Shown here: positions 26,337 to 37,945 of the stretch, piece by piece
How the letters are laid out: every line of letters begins with the position of its first letter
Position numbering within the stretch: position 1 is the stretch's first letter
Source: Anolis carolinensis
Taxonomy: Eukaryota
Length of the DNA: 64,000 bases
NCBI RefSeq assembly: GCF_035594765.1
Contig: NC_085842.1
Span: 221,537,747-221,601,746 of the forward strand
Direction of reading: 5' to 3'
Translations under genes and position numbers: made by a program
The notes under the pieces: generated by a model
The model's database searches: none
What the model saw: the letters and a program-made list of their open reading frames with translations, nothing else
Told to the model about the DNA's origin: nothing

Positions 26337-26493
26337 GCCTCTGAGTGTGGTGGAGGCTTCCTCTTTGGAGGCTTTTAAACAGGTGTTGGATGGTCAACTG
26401 TTGAGGGTACTTCAATTGTGCTTTTTCTGCATGGCAGGGGATTGGACTAGATGCACCATATGGTCTCTTCTAACTCTACAATTCTATGATTCT
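26337..26493 (+). mobile_element. CR1 3' end fragment
   Basis: LPLSVVEASSLEAFKQ.LDG peptide and attctatgattcta tail. Confidence 0.8.
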
Positions 26494-26654
26494 AACTGAA
26501 TACTTCGGTTGGAGATGTGTAATCACAATGAAACAATGAGTTCTCAGAATTAACTTTGGACATTGAGCAACTTTCTCCAAGCACAAGGTTAAGGGTGGTT
26601 TAAAGCCATTTAAAACACAGTCCACCTAGGGTTAACCCAGTTTAACCCTTAGCC

Positions 26655-26918
26655 ATAATGCTTGGTACCCAAAATGTTGGAATATTTGTGAATGAGGTAT
26701 CTTGAAGATGGGGTGCAAATCTCAACCCAAAATCCACTGATAAAGGTAGCTTGAAGGTAATTTTATATACAGTATTTATAATTATGTTATGCATGAAACA
26801 AAGTTTTTGCGCAATGAATTAACAAGAAGCAAAGGTGTCACTGTTTCAGATGCTGTATGGACAATTTTGAATTTTGGAATATTTTGGATTTTGGAATTCC
26901 AGATACAAAATACTGTAT
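26655..26918. mobile_element. pogo/Tigger-like MITE fragment
   Basis: Homologous to 30309-30655. Confidence 0.55.
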
Positions 26919-26967
26919 GAAGTTTAAAACACAAATAAATAGATTTCTGTTTTAAAAATACAAGTTG

Positions 26968-27242
26968 TTTTTTTTTTTTTTTCGTGTCAGGAGCAACCTG
27001 AGTCACTTCTGGTGTGAGAGAATTGGCAGTCTGCAAGGATGTTGCCCAGGGGCTGCCTGGATGTTTTTGATGTTTTTACCATCCTTGTGGGAGGCTTCTC
27101 TCATGTCCCCGCATGGAGCTGGAGCTGATAGAGGGAGCTCATCTGCGCTCTCCCTGGGTGGGATTCGAACCTGTCAGCCTTCAGGTCAGCAACCCAACCT
27201 TCAGGTTACAAGGTTTTAACCCATTACACAACCGGAGGCTCC
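26968..27242 (-). mobile_element. tRNA-derived SINE (Anolis SINE2-type)
   Basis: Homologous to 14193-14471. Confidence 0.9.
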
Positions 27243-27397
27243 TCAAAAAAAAAAAAAACAAGTTAAACATGCATGTTCAAAATACAGTTGTGAATGTTAC
27301 CAATAGAATGCTGGTCATAGTCTGAGATATGTAATTTTTCATGATAAATATGTTATCCAAGCATGCTACTTATATACTGGCTTTTGAATCTCCACCG

Positions 27398-27957
27398 TGA
27401 AATAAAGAGACCAGGCACAAGATGTGGAGAAATAAATGGGCCATTTATTGACCTAATTAGAAAACTGGTAATTGAGCTAAGTAACTAGTTGTGGGGGGAG
27501 CACTGCGACATGGTGTGAGGCCAGGTACCATTCTCAGACTACCTGCCAAGCCAACCACTGGGCAAAGCACCTGACCCTGGGGGTACTCCATGTTGATGAT
27601 TTGCTATCCCGGCTGGTAATTACCAGAAGGCCATCCCTGGAAACCTCCCCCTGAGCCATGAAGCCCATAGGAGAGAAGCAAACCCCCAAGGTAAGCCCTA
27701 AAGAAAATATTTTGAGGAACTCCCTTGGTCATAGAGCCTACAGAGATAAACCCAAAAGTCCCCCTTCACCCGAGAATGAAGGGGTGCCAAGGTATACGCT
27801 GATACAAGCTCTCCCCCCACTTCCTGCAAGCAAGACTTAGTTATTAAGGCCCCACCCATTTAACTTCCTTACTCCCAGAAGCTTCAATATGGGGTAGGTG
27901 AAAAAAAAACCCTCTCTGAGGAGGGAAAAAAATTCCTACCTGGCCCTAGTGTGACCA
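27398..27957 (-). mobile_element. Possible solo LTR
   Basis: GC-richer block with AATAAA on the minus strand near one end; its left end resembles 14682-14735. No clear TSD. Confidence 0.35.
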
Positions 27958-28217
27958 GTATAACTCATATTGAACGGAGGGCTGGAGGGTGGGTTGCGCT
28001 GCAGGAAGGCTGAATGCAGATGGGAGGGGGCTGCCTACAGGAAGGCTCTCTCCTCTGCCAACTGGCGCAAATGCCAGCCAGAAACAATTGGTCTTTTGCA
28101 AGGGATTCAAGTGCTGCCCTCCGACCATCTGGTTGGCCCCCTTGTGTCTGGAAATGTGTGATTTCTGCAATTCATTTTTAACCTTTGAAATAGCACTTTC
28201 AGCTTACCTCTTTCTAG

Positions 28218-29548
28218 TAGGCATGTGCGATCCATGGAAAAAAAAGGTTCAATACTTGCTTCTAAAGTAGGGGGCGCTGATGCTTCGTTTCTGAAACTAC
28301 TTCTGAAATTTGGCCCAAAAATATTCAGAATATTAGAAATTAATTCGTTAATGGCAGAGGCGCATGTGCAGTGGCCAAAAACAGCACTGGGGGAAAATTT
28401 ACAGGACTCTCCCACCCTCATTTTTTTGAGCTATTCTCTTCAAACTTGGTGCAGTGGTAGAACACATTTAACCCTGATAACTCACCAAAATTCAAAACGT
28501 TTCCATTATTCTCTGATTTTTGGAGAATTTTCATAGCTTTTATAATAAACAATTTTTAATAATTGCAGAAATCTGTTCCTGGTTTGAAAGTCTTATTTCC
28601 TGTTTCACTGGGTTGTCTTTACTTTGAAAGTCATTGTTCTACTACAGAAATTTTGTTTTTGTGACTGAAACTTTGTTAAATTAGTGGACAGTGTCCCAGG
28701 AAACCATAATGTGCTATTATAGCACCATGTCCCTTGCGGAAAGACAAAGTTCAGGCAGTATCATAAAATTTTGCCATGTTTCTATGATAGAACCAATTAG
28801 GAAATGACATTTATCACCCAGGAAAATAAATCATAGTACACCATTAAATCACTCCTGACAGATGGCCATCAGCCTCTGAATAAAGAAATCAGTTCCTGGT
28901 TTGAAACTGTTTCATTGGGTTTTCTGGGGCTGAGAGTGTGTGACTTGCCCAAGATCACCCAGTGGGTTTCCATGGCTGAGTGGGGAATGAAGCCACAAAA
29001 ATGTCCAACTCTCAAACAACTACACTACACCATGCTGTCCCAAAAAGGGACCGCTGTTTCTTCCTATGAGGCTTAAAACCTCAGTCTGCAAGTGGTTTGC
29101 AAGGGAGATCCTGCAGAGCAAGCAAACAAGACTCCTTTCTCTTGCAACCTGGTTTTCCTGCAACCCTGTTTAAGAGGCCTATAGAAAGCAACCACTCCAG
29201 GACAGGGTAAGGGGAAAGGGGATTTCTCTCCTGAATAGCAACCACAGCCAGCCACCAATGCATTTTTCAAACGAGACACCCTCCCTTCTGTGATTGGCCA
29301 CAGGGAGGCCAGGCAAGCCCAGGCTAGCCTGCACCTCCCTCAAGTCAAGTTTGGATGCTTTAAAAATGCATGGCTTATTGGCTTAAGTACCGAAAAACAT
29401 ACGACACCATTAGAAAAATTGGCTATCCTGGTTCAATATCATGAGATACACACGGAGGGATAACCTACTTCAAAACTCGGTTCAAAAGTGACAAAACAAA
29501 TGAATTGGATCCGACATATGAGGGATTCAACTTTTTTACCCTACCCTA
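28218..29548. mobile_element. Non-autonomous hAT transposon related to 21923-24624
   Basis: TAGG...CCTA ends, perfect 8-bp TSD ctttctag; first ~770 bp homologous to 21923-22700. Confidence 0.85.
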
Positions 29549-30308
29549 CTTTCTAGGTAAGGCCCATCAGTAATGACACCATTGAAACCTGGGTATTGTT
29601 GCATCAGTGATTGTGAGGTCATCACAGTCATCAGTTAGATTGTTGCACATCCTAAGCTTGTCATGAGACATGGATCCCTAAGGGAAAGGAGAGAGACATG
29701 AGGAGAAAAGGAGGCCAGAAACAACTTCAGAGTGGAGTTTTTAAAAGATACTAAACAAGAAGGAAGAAAGGATAAGCAAATGTCTGTATGTAACATTTTA
29801 GCTGAGTGTGATATTTTTACATGGGTTCCAAGACTCACTGTTGATCTCAAATCCTGTGTTTTAGCAAAATAAAAGATACTTCATTTGGGGAAAAGGCCCT
29901 TGTGCAAATCTTACCTCATTCTTGAATATTCAGGATGATCTTAAGTGCACTATTATCTTAGATCCAGATATATTCCAAATTCTCATTTGAATCAATTGGA
30001 AGTGATGTGTAAATCTAACTGTTCATCTCAGAGTAAATACAATGGGATTTAGAGGGGTTGAATTTTAAAGATCAGTTAATTGTAAATCATGATTTTATTG
30101 GATTTCTTTATTGGATGGTAAGTCTGAATTCTTACTAAGCATTCCTTCTATGTAAAATATTTTGAAATTAAGAAGGGGATATGTATCAGCTCATCGTTGT
30201 TGTAGTTCTGTAGACTGCATGTATGCCATGTAAGTGGATTTTTAAAGAAAATGAGCAGCCCTTTCTCATACTCTCTCTCTAGGGGCCACCTGTGATGTTG
30301 CGGTAATA

Positions 30309-30655
30309 AAGGTTGAGTATCGCTTATCTGTAATATCTACAACAAAAGTGGACATCAGTCTTTTGGGGTGGGGGTGTTGGAGAATTTGGGAATACCTGTA
30401 TGTGCAAATGGGGTATTTTGGAGATGGGGCCCAAGTTTAAACATGACATTCATTGGTGTTTCATATACATGATACACACAAAGCTTGAAAGCAAATTTAT
30501 ATGAAATATTTTAAATAGTATTTTGCATGGAACCAAGTTTGTGCACACTGAACCTTCAAAAAGCAAAGATGTCACTATCTCAGTCAACTGTATGGACAAT
30601 CATGACTTTTTAATATTTTGAATTTTGGAATTCTGGATAAGGGATACTCAGCCTA
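30309..30655. mobile_element. pogo/Tigger-like MITE (Tigger4/MER46-like TIR)
   Basis: aggttgagtatcgcttatc ... gataagggatactcagcct. Confidence 0.7.
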
Positions 30656-31194
30656 TGGAACCAGAATGTGCTGGACTGATATTCACATTCCTAATTTATA
30701 CATATTAATAATTCCTAAGAAATCAATCCTGAATAACCAGGCAGCTGCAAGTGATGGGTGTCTGTTCTGTCAATTGAGACTTATTAGACTGACATTTCCA
30801 CCCTCACCACCTCAAGCAATCTTTGGTTCAAGGATGAAATGTGATATCAATTTGGTCGCTTGCATGAAGTCAGTGTGTGGGGGAGATCAAGCTATGAGAG
30901 GATACTTAAGCTATGTAACTAAAATAGTTACAATTAACTGATGTTGAATGCAAATATTACTGATAGTTCTGCTCCACTAGTGATTTGGATTCTAGGAATT
31001 AGTGAGGTGTCGGTCAACAATATTAGATGTTGGTTGCTTATTATAAAACCATTGCAACATTTGTACTAAGGCAGCATTGCCAATGCAGCACATAAATCTA
31101 CATTAGTGTCAACATATGAGCACAATATACACTCTGCATTTAGCCATATCCACAGAGTGCTTTTGCTCCTATCACCATTGCCATTACTATATTC

Positions 31195-31713
31195 TAGGGG
31201 TGTGCAAACTTCCATTGGTCAATTTGGATTTCAGATAATTTTGGAGATCTGGCAGCCAAGCTGTCAGAAACTGACTTGGAGCCTTCTCAAAATGAAAAAC
31301 GGACCGCCTAATCTTTTGGCAAAAAATTCAGGAAAGATTAATTGATTCAGACTGATTTTTCACATTAGTATTCTGATCATTTGTTTGTTTTGCAAGCAAA
31401 AGTTATTGATAAAAACTTCAATTTTTTCCCAAAAATCAGTGGATTAGCAAAATAATTTGAAACTTGACAGGCTTGCAGTCATAAATGTGTCCTACAAGTG
31501 TGGCAAGTGTCACCCTGATAGCCATAAAAATGATGGAAAGACAATCCTTGCAATTTCCCCATTGGCGCCAATGCACCGAATCTTACTGAGATGAAATCAG
31601 AACTCAGGGTTCCAAATTACGACACCCTCCCCCTCCGCGAATTGCCTGAAATTTCTCAAAAACAGAATGGGGATCCAAAACAGAACAGATTTTTGCCATT
31701 TTGCACATCCCTG
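31195..31713. mobile_element. Non-autonomous hAT element
   Basis: TIR TAGGGGTGTGCAAA/TTTGCACATCCCTG; perfect TSD ctatattc. Confidence 0.85.
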
Positions 31714-32319
31714 CTATATTCAATAACATTGCCCAAAATTTTCAACTTGGGTTCCTGAACCCATGCATGATCAAGGAGATTCTGAGTACAACAGTTCCCC
31801 CATGGAAGAAGTTCCAGAGAATATAGCAATAACAAAAAGAAGGAATTGAAGTGTTACTTTAGGGACAGCCCTCCTTCAATTTTTTTCCAGTGGTATCACA
31901 TTGCCATAAAAACACATTAGTAAGATTATTGTTTATATGTTTTCCCAGTAACTGATAGTTTATAAATTAAATGGTCAGTCCATTTATGATGTTTCTCTAG
32001 TCTTATTTAGTGGCTGCTGAGGAGGAGCAGGAGGTTTAATAATAAAATACAGTATAACTCCTTTATCCACCATTTTACATACCTATACTTCAAGATTACC
32101 CCCTTGGAATTGATTTTGAGCCTCTTTAGGTCTTCCATTGTGCTTCTACCATATACTTCTGGCTCAAGAATAGTCAAAATACAGGAGTTGCTATTATCCA
32201 TTGTTTCAGGCAGCAATGGGGGACTTGGAATACCACATCCATGAATATGGAGGCCATACTAGATTCCCTTTGTCACAGTCAATAAAACAGTAATGTCTGC
32301 TTCCTCGGTGCCTTATTAT

Positions 32320-32450
32320 GTTTCTGTGAGGCTGAGAGAGCATGACTTGCCCAAAGTTATGCAGCGGATTCCATGGATGTCCAGAGGGTGGATGGATGTT
32401 AGATCTTGGCCTCCAGAGTCATAGTCCAATACTGAAATTATTACACTAAA
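32320..32450 (+). mobile_element. Old CORE/MIR-like SINE fragment
   Basis: gaggctgagagagcatgacttgcccaa motif, also seen near 22640, 28930 and (reverse) 16350. Confidence 0.5.
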
Positions 32451-32479
32451 ATAAGATCATATTGCGTAGTGTTGTTGTA

Positions 32480-32514
32480 TTCTTCTGCTTATTTTTTTTT
32501 ATCTTATTCACTAG
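32480..32514 (+). promoter_or_regulatory. 3' splice acceptor of the TOPORS-like coding exon
   Basis: cttattttttttatcttattcactag|GTGATGGCATCA directly before the ORF. Confidence 0.75.
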
Positions 32515-34305
32515 GTGATGGCATCATCAAATGAAGAGGTCAATTCTTCTGGTAACAGCTTTTCATACCTTACGGGAACAGGAAATGAGAACATTGCCAT
32601 AGCATCTGATGGACCTTCAGACTCAAGATGTCCTATCTGCTTGGAAAAAATACAGAACGTGGCCTTCTTAAATCCATGCTTTCATCGATTCTGTTTTGCT
32701 TGTATCCTAGAGTGGTCAGACAGGAAAGCAGAATGCCCACTCTGTAAGCAGCATTTTAATTCCTTTTTTCACAATATCAAAACTGATACAGATTTTGAAG
32801 AATACATTGTTCCTTCTGAAAATGTATGCTATGGTAATTGTGAAGAGAGATCAAGAACTGCTGAAAGACATGAGTTCCCAGAAGATAACGGGATTTTGAA
32901 TGAAGTACATTCAGGTCATCACTCTCAAGGCTCAAGGCTGAGAACACTTGATGAGTTAATGGGACATCTTGGTATAAGGAGGACACCTTATGCAGGAGGA
33001 TTGTCTCTTGGACAAATTCAAGAGCATGTTACAATAAAATTCAGAAGGGCCCTCTATCAATCTGGAGTGCGTGTCAGAAATGTCCAAAGTAGAGGTTTTT
33101 ATAGGGATATATCAGCAGATTTTTTCCACAGAAATCCCGCCCACCTTAACAGATTAGTTCCCTGGTTGAAACGTGAACTACGAGTGCTGTGTGGAGCACA
33201 TCCATCTTTGATCAACAACATACAGCATATCATTTTGAATAATATAACAATTTATGATCTGGACAGCCAAGCATTTTCTGAAATTATTCAGCCTTATTTG
33301 CTCCACTTAACTAATCACTTCCTGCATGAATTCATCAATTTTGCCCGTTCCCCTTTCAACATTAGGGCCTATGACTGGCGAGCCAGTTATGACTTCCCTT
33401 TTCCTACAGATGATGATGAGTCCCAATCTTATTCATCATTTACAACATCATCTTCAGAAGAGGAGGAGGAGGAAGAGGGGGAGGAAGAGGAAGAAGAAGA
33501 ATGGGAAAGTGAAGACTCAGAAGAGAATGCAGAAGAATCAGTGTCAAGTAATGAAGAAGGGACATGGGATGATGAAATGCAGAGATCAGCCAGTTCTGAT
33601 TCAGATCATACTCTGGATGAGATTTTTCTTCCTTTTGGATCTTCAGATGGTGAACTATTAAGAAGTGATGACAACATCCATGCATTTTTTCAAGCTGAGG
33701 TACAGTTAGGCACAAACCACAGACACAGTACATTACATAAATGTGGTCTTGATGAGCCTGAAGAGAATACATCAACACCATGCAAGTCTATCCCCAAATG
33801 TTTCGAGGCTTCAAAACACATTTCAATACATTTCACTGATGATGAAGAAGAAGAAGGGCTGATGAATGAGCAAGAGGCCTTAAGAAGTCACTGTTTTGAC
33901 AACAGTACTCATAGTAGTACACATTCTACTACTACCTCTAATGTTGTCCACCGTTCTAACAGTAATCAAATGCTTAATAATCCACAGCTTCCATCTCATG
34001 AACAAGAAAACGATAGCATGGAGAAGACACTATTGCACAAACAAGAGGCAGTTAGCAGCAAACTGATCCGCCATGAAGGAAATGAGATATTTGTGGTTAA
34101 GATACTTCAACCACAGACAGAAGACATGTTGGTTATTGAGCATTTCGAATGGAAAACAAGTGACAGGGATGATTTTGCTCAACTTCAATGGCATGGTGAA
34201 GAAACGTCTAACTTTATGGGACCGAACTCTTCCACAGACATAATTCCAGGTGGTCCTGCTACCAAGTATGAAGGTGGATGTTTTTCACATATCAGAAGAC
34301 CATGA
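32515..34305 (+). CDS. TOPORS-like: E3 ubiquitin-protein ligase Topors-like (divergent TOPORS paralogue), single large coding exon; ATG at 32518
   Basis: 596-codon uninterrupted ORF. C3HC4 RING CPIC-x12-CFH-x2-CFAC-x10-CPLC at 32629-32745. TOPORS signature block FRRALY..RVRN..YRDISADFFHRNP..RLVPWLKREL..HFLHEFINFARSPFN, then WDDE and SSDGELL. Preceded by a polypyrimidine tract and tag acceptor; Kozak context gtgATGg. Confidence 0.93.
   Translation: MMASSNEEVNSSGNSFSYLTGTGNENIAIASDGPSDSRCPICLEKIQNVAFLNPCFHRFCFACILEWSDRKAECPLCKQHFNSFFHNIKTDTDFEEYIVPSENVCYGNCEERSRTAERHEFPEDNGILNEVHSGHHSQGSRLRTLDELMGHLGIRRTPYAGGLSLGQIQEHVTIKFRRALYQSGVRVRNVQSRGFYRDISADFFHRNPAHLNRLVPWLKRELRVLCGAHPSLINNIQHIILNNITIYDLDSQAFSEIIQPYLLHLTNHFLHEFINFARSPFNIRAYDWRASYDFPFPTDDDESQSYSSFTTSSSEEEEEEEGEEEEEEEWESEDSEENAEESVSSNEEGTWDDEMQRSASSDSDHTLDEIFLPFGSSDGELLRSDDNIHAFFQAEVQLGTNHRHSTLHKCGLDEPEENTSTPCKSIPKCFEASKHISIHFTDDEEEEGLMNEQEALRSHCFDNSTHSSTHSTTTSNVVHRSNSNQMLNNPQLPSHEQENDSMEKTLLHKQEAVSSKLIRHEGNEIFVVKILQPQTEDMLVIEHFEWKTSDRDDFAQLQWHGEETSNFMGPNSSTDIIPGGPATKYEGGCFSHIRRP
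33457..33501 (+). repeat. Coding (GAG/GAA)n tract encoding poly-Glu
   Basis: gaagaggaggaggaggaagagggggaggaagaggaagaagaagaa inside the ORF. Confidence 0.9.
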
Positions 34306-34383
34306 TTTGTATATCAGAAAATTCAGTCCACGGGGGAAGTATTAAGTGGCCCTCTTCTGGAGGTTAAACATTACCCTCAGTTC

Positions 34384-34389
34384 AATAAA
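34384..34389 (+). promoter_or_regulatory. Candidate polyadenylation signal of TOPORS-like gene
   Basis: AATAAA about 80 nt after the stop codon; an alternative ATTAAA lies near 34942. Confidence 0.45.
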
Positions 34390-34529
34390 TTCATATATAT
34401 ATGAAAAAAATGTTTAATCCATAATATGAGAAATCTGGTGTTAACTCAAAAAAGTGTTATCAAAACACCTTTACATAACTTATCTTAACTGCTACTATGA
34501 GTAGAGCTGCTATGTAGAAATTGGATATA

Positions 34530-34849
34530 CAATAGAGTCTCACTTATCCAAGCCTCGCTTATCCAAGCCTCTGGATTATCCAAGCCATTTTTGTAGTCAA
34601 TGTTTTCAATATATCGTGATATTTTGGTGCTAAATTAGTAAATACAGTAATTACAACATAACATTACTGTGTATTGAACTACTCTTTCTGTCAAATTTGT
34701 TGTATAACATGATGTTTTGGTGCTTAATTTGTGAAATCATAAGCTAATTTGATGTTTAATAGGCTTTTCCTTAATCCCTCATTATCCAAGATATTAGCTT
34801 ATCCAAGCTTCTGCCGGCCCATTTAACTTGGATAAGTGAGACTCTGCTG
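34530..34849. mobile_element. Tc1/mariner-type MITE
   Basis: TIR caatagagtctcacttatccaa/ttggataagtgagactctgctg flanked by TA. Confidence 0.88.
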
Positions 34850-35870
34850 TATTTTCAAAATCATACTTGCATGCTTTATTGTCTAATTTTGGAAAGTGTA
34901 CATTTGTACATTTTGAACACACATCAGATTTTTTAAAGTACATTAAAGAAAAACTCTTTAGAGATCATTTATGAACCCTATATAGATTTTGTGTGTTTCA
35001 AATCACTGTACAGGTATGTTCATTGAAACAAAACTTTTACTTTCCTTCTTGCTTTGTTTTGGTTGATCAAGTACCTAACTGAACAAGAAACAAGTAATAC
35101 ATTAATGGGGAAGGGAACATCTGACACTTGAGAAACTTTGGATCTCTCATTATCCCTAAATTCTGGCAATAATACGTGGCACAGATGAGTTATAAGCCAA
35201 AATATTTGAACAGCCACCTTACACCAAATGGGATGAACTACAGTTGCAGTCGTACTTACTGCTGGCTTTGCTTCCATTTTAGTTTGGAATCTTTTATCTG
35301 TCAAAATGCTTTATGCTGCCACAGGCATAATTATTCATTAGAATCAAGTTCCGTCACAGGATAAGTATATAAGTTTTAAAGCTTGGGCCTGCTTATAACA
35401 AGTGAAATCAGGTCAATCAGGAATATCCATCATCACATAGCAAAGTCAATTGAAAGTCAATTGGAAAAGGATTATCAGTATTCAAGGACTAGCAAGCAAA
35501 ATAGTTTTAAGTTCACCCAATACAAGCAGGGTGTTGCATTAAATTAAGACCAATGACAGGCTTTGCAATTTTGAGACCCAGCAGTAAAGAGTATAATCAT
35601 CATGTTAAGTGCAGGGTGCTTTAATGATAACTAACTGTTGAGTAACATGGGAGTGGCAGAGGTATGGAATTTTATATACAGTTTAATATGAGAGGTTCAT
35701 GGATTGATTTGTAAGAGATCTCAAGAGACATCCAGTCCAACACTATGCCATGCAGGAATACACAAAGCACTCCTAACAAATGGTCATTTAGCCTCTTTCT
35801 CAAACTGTCACAGAGGAAGTCTGAATTTAGATGGCTTCTCCCCATACCGGCATCACAGCTCCTGAGTACT

Positions 35871-36563
35871 GGGGTGGTTCCAGACATCACTTTAATGCAA
35901 GTCCATTTGGGTTTTAAAAACCTGATTGGATTTGCACTGAAGTCTGCACAACTCCCAGAAAGCACATGCTTTTCTGCGGGGAGGAGGGGGGGGGGTGTCT
36001 CCAGATGCCCTGCCAAGTTTCCACCAGAGCACTGGGACACAAACGAAAAAACATTTAAAAGCCTCTTAAAAAGCAAAATAACTCACCAGGCCTTGGGTTG
36101 TACCAATGGTGCACCTGGAGAAGAGGGAGCCAGAGCGATTTTCCTCCCCCCCCTTTTCCAGGCATGTCATTGGTACGACCCAGGAGAGAGCCGGAGAAGG
36201 GGAAATTGAGGCCTGGTGAATTATTTTGCTTTTTGAAAGACTTTAAAAGGGAGTTTTGGGTGGGTTGGGGGCTGTCTTGGATTTCTTGGGCTCCAGCAGC
36301 CCAAAAATCCTGAGACAACAGTGTGGATTGGAACTGGAACTTGCGCAATGTGTTCCCTTAACCCAATCCACACAGCCTCCGGAACGGGAAAAAAACGGTT
36401 CTTTTGAAAGACCTGCATCTTTCCAGTTGACAAATTACCTTGGGCCAAAGCAGGGTTTTCCTGCTTTATCCCAAAACCATTCGCGTTTACCTGGGGCATT
36501 ATCCAGACACCCCTTTTTAAAAAGTGGGAGATTCCACTTCTAAGGTGTTGTCTGGATGTGCCC
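35871..36563. mobile_element. Non-autonomous DNA transposon (Harbinger-like TIR)
   Basis: gggtggttccagaca ... tgtctggatgtgccc, with internal inverted symmetry. Confidence 0.6.
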
Positions 36564-37945
36564 CTGGTGCAGCATGAGTGTAACAGAGTTACATCATGGA
36601 CTCTTCCAACAAAGCCTTGGAGTTCTCTGATGTGACAAACATTGAATGATTTAAGAAAAATGCTATATTAACTGTCATATTACTGAAGATAGGACAAGCT
36701 GGGCCTCTATTAGAAGTAACCATCTAACTGATTGGGCTGTTTCATTCTCATGGTTGTAAGTAGAACTGACCACACTTGAAGCCATGTGTAGGGATTGCTG
36801 TTAAGGAGAAAGACCCTGGAGGTACAGTGCCCTCAACTCCCATTATCTTGAGGAGAGCACAGATGACACAAAGAATAGCGATTCCTTCTCTTTCAATATA
36901 TTCTGTCTTTTCTCTGAAATACACTAGGATCAGAAGAAAGAACTCATTTGACTTAACTGCACCGCCATCTAGTAGAAGACAAAATATACAGTTATCAACA
37001 TGCCATATCGATACCTGTTAAGAGTAAAACATATATAAAAAGAGAAAAACATATATAGTCAAGCACATGCATGCTATTGTTAATATGCTTTCAAATGGAC
37101 TTCAAGAATTGATAATTCTCTTTTATTTTTGGGTTACTCTATTAAACACATACAACAAAAATATTGTCTTTAGTAATATAAAATACATACAAGGATTAAA
37201 ACTGATAAGTAACTCTTTATCTTACTACAATAACAATGCAGTCCAACCTCATAAAAAAATGAGGGTCAACAGTGCCTGGCCTCCCAGTCTCCCAGGTCAA
37301 GGTAGTATTTGCTTCCAAGACCTTCTGCCTCTAAGGCCTATTATATTACTTTTATTATCAATCAAAATAGATAACATATAAATACTTCTATTTAGAACAG
37401 ACTAAAAAAAGCAAAAGAGAAAAAAACTGATCACAGGAAAAGGAAATGGAAATCAGCTAGAAACAAACAATGGAAAAAATTAAAAAATATTTCATAAGTA
37501 TTATGTAATACAATACAAAAATCAACAAAATTATACAAGTAAAGATGTATAAGATTACAGAGCTGCACCAGAAGTAACAAGATGGATTTTAATGGGGAAA
37601 AATGTATGAGACTACACTACGTCAATAAAAATGAAATGCACAGATATTGGATGGGTAAAACCGGGCTTGATAATAGTACATATGAACATGGACTTTACAT
37701 GATCTGTACAAAGACTTGAGGATTCTGGATGAATGGATTTTAATCTTGGACATTCTTAAAATTTTTATATAATGTGTTTTTATTTTGTAATGGTATCTGT
37801 TTTATATGAACTGTTGTTTTGTAGATTGTTTTATATGAATTGTTGTTTTTACATTGTTTTTAGGCATTGAATTTTTGCCTATTTACTGTAAGCCGCTTTG
37901 AGTCTCCTAGGAGAGAAAGGTGGGGTAAAAAGTAATGTAAATAAA

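Noticed and set aside
32629-32745. Endogenous herpesvirus ICP0-like RING gene
   Set aside because: TOPORS and ICP0 RINGs are related, but the downstream TOPORS-specific domain and the host splice acceptor show a cellular origin, and there are no other viral genes.
33326-33781. Overlapping alternative-frame ORFs (111 aa +, 113 aa -)
   Set aside because: Shadow frames of the purine-rich poly-Glu region.
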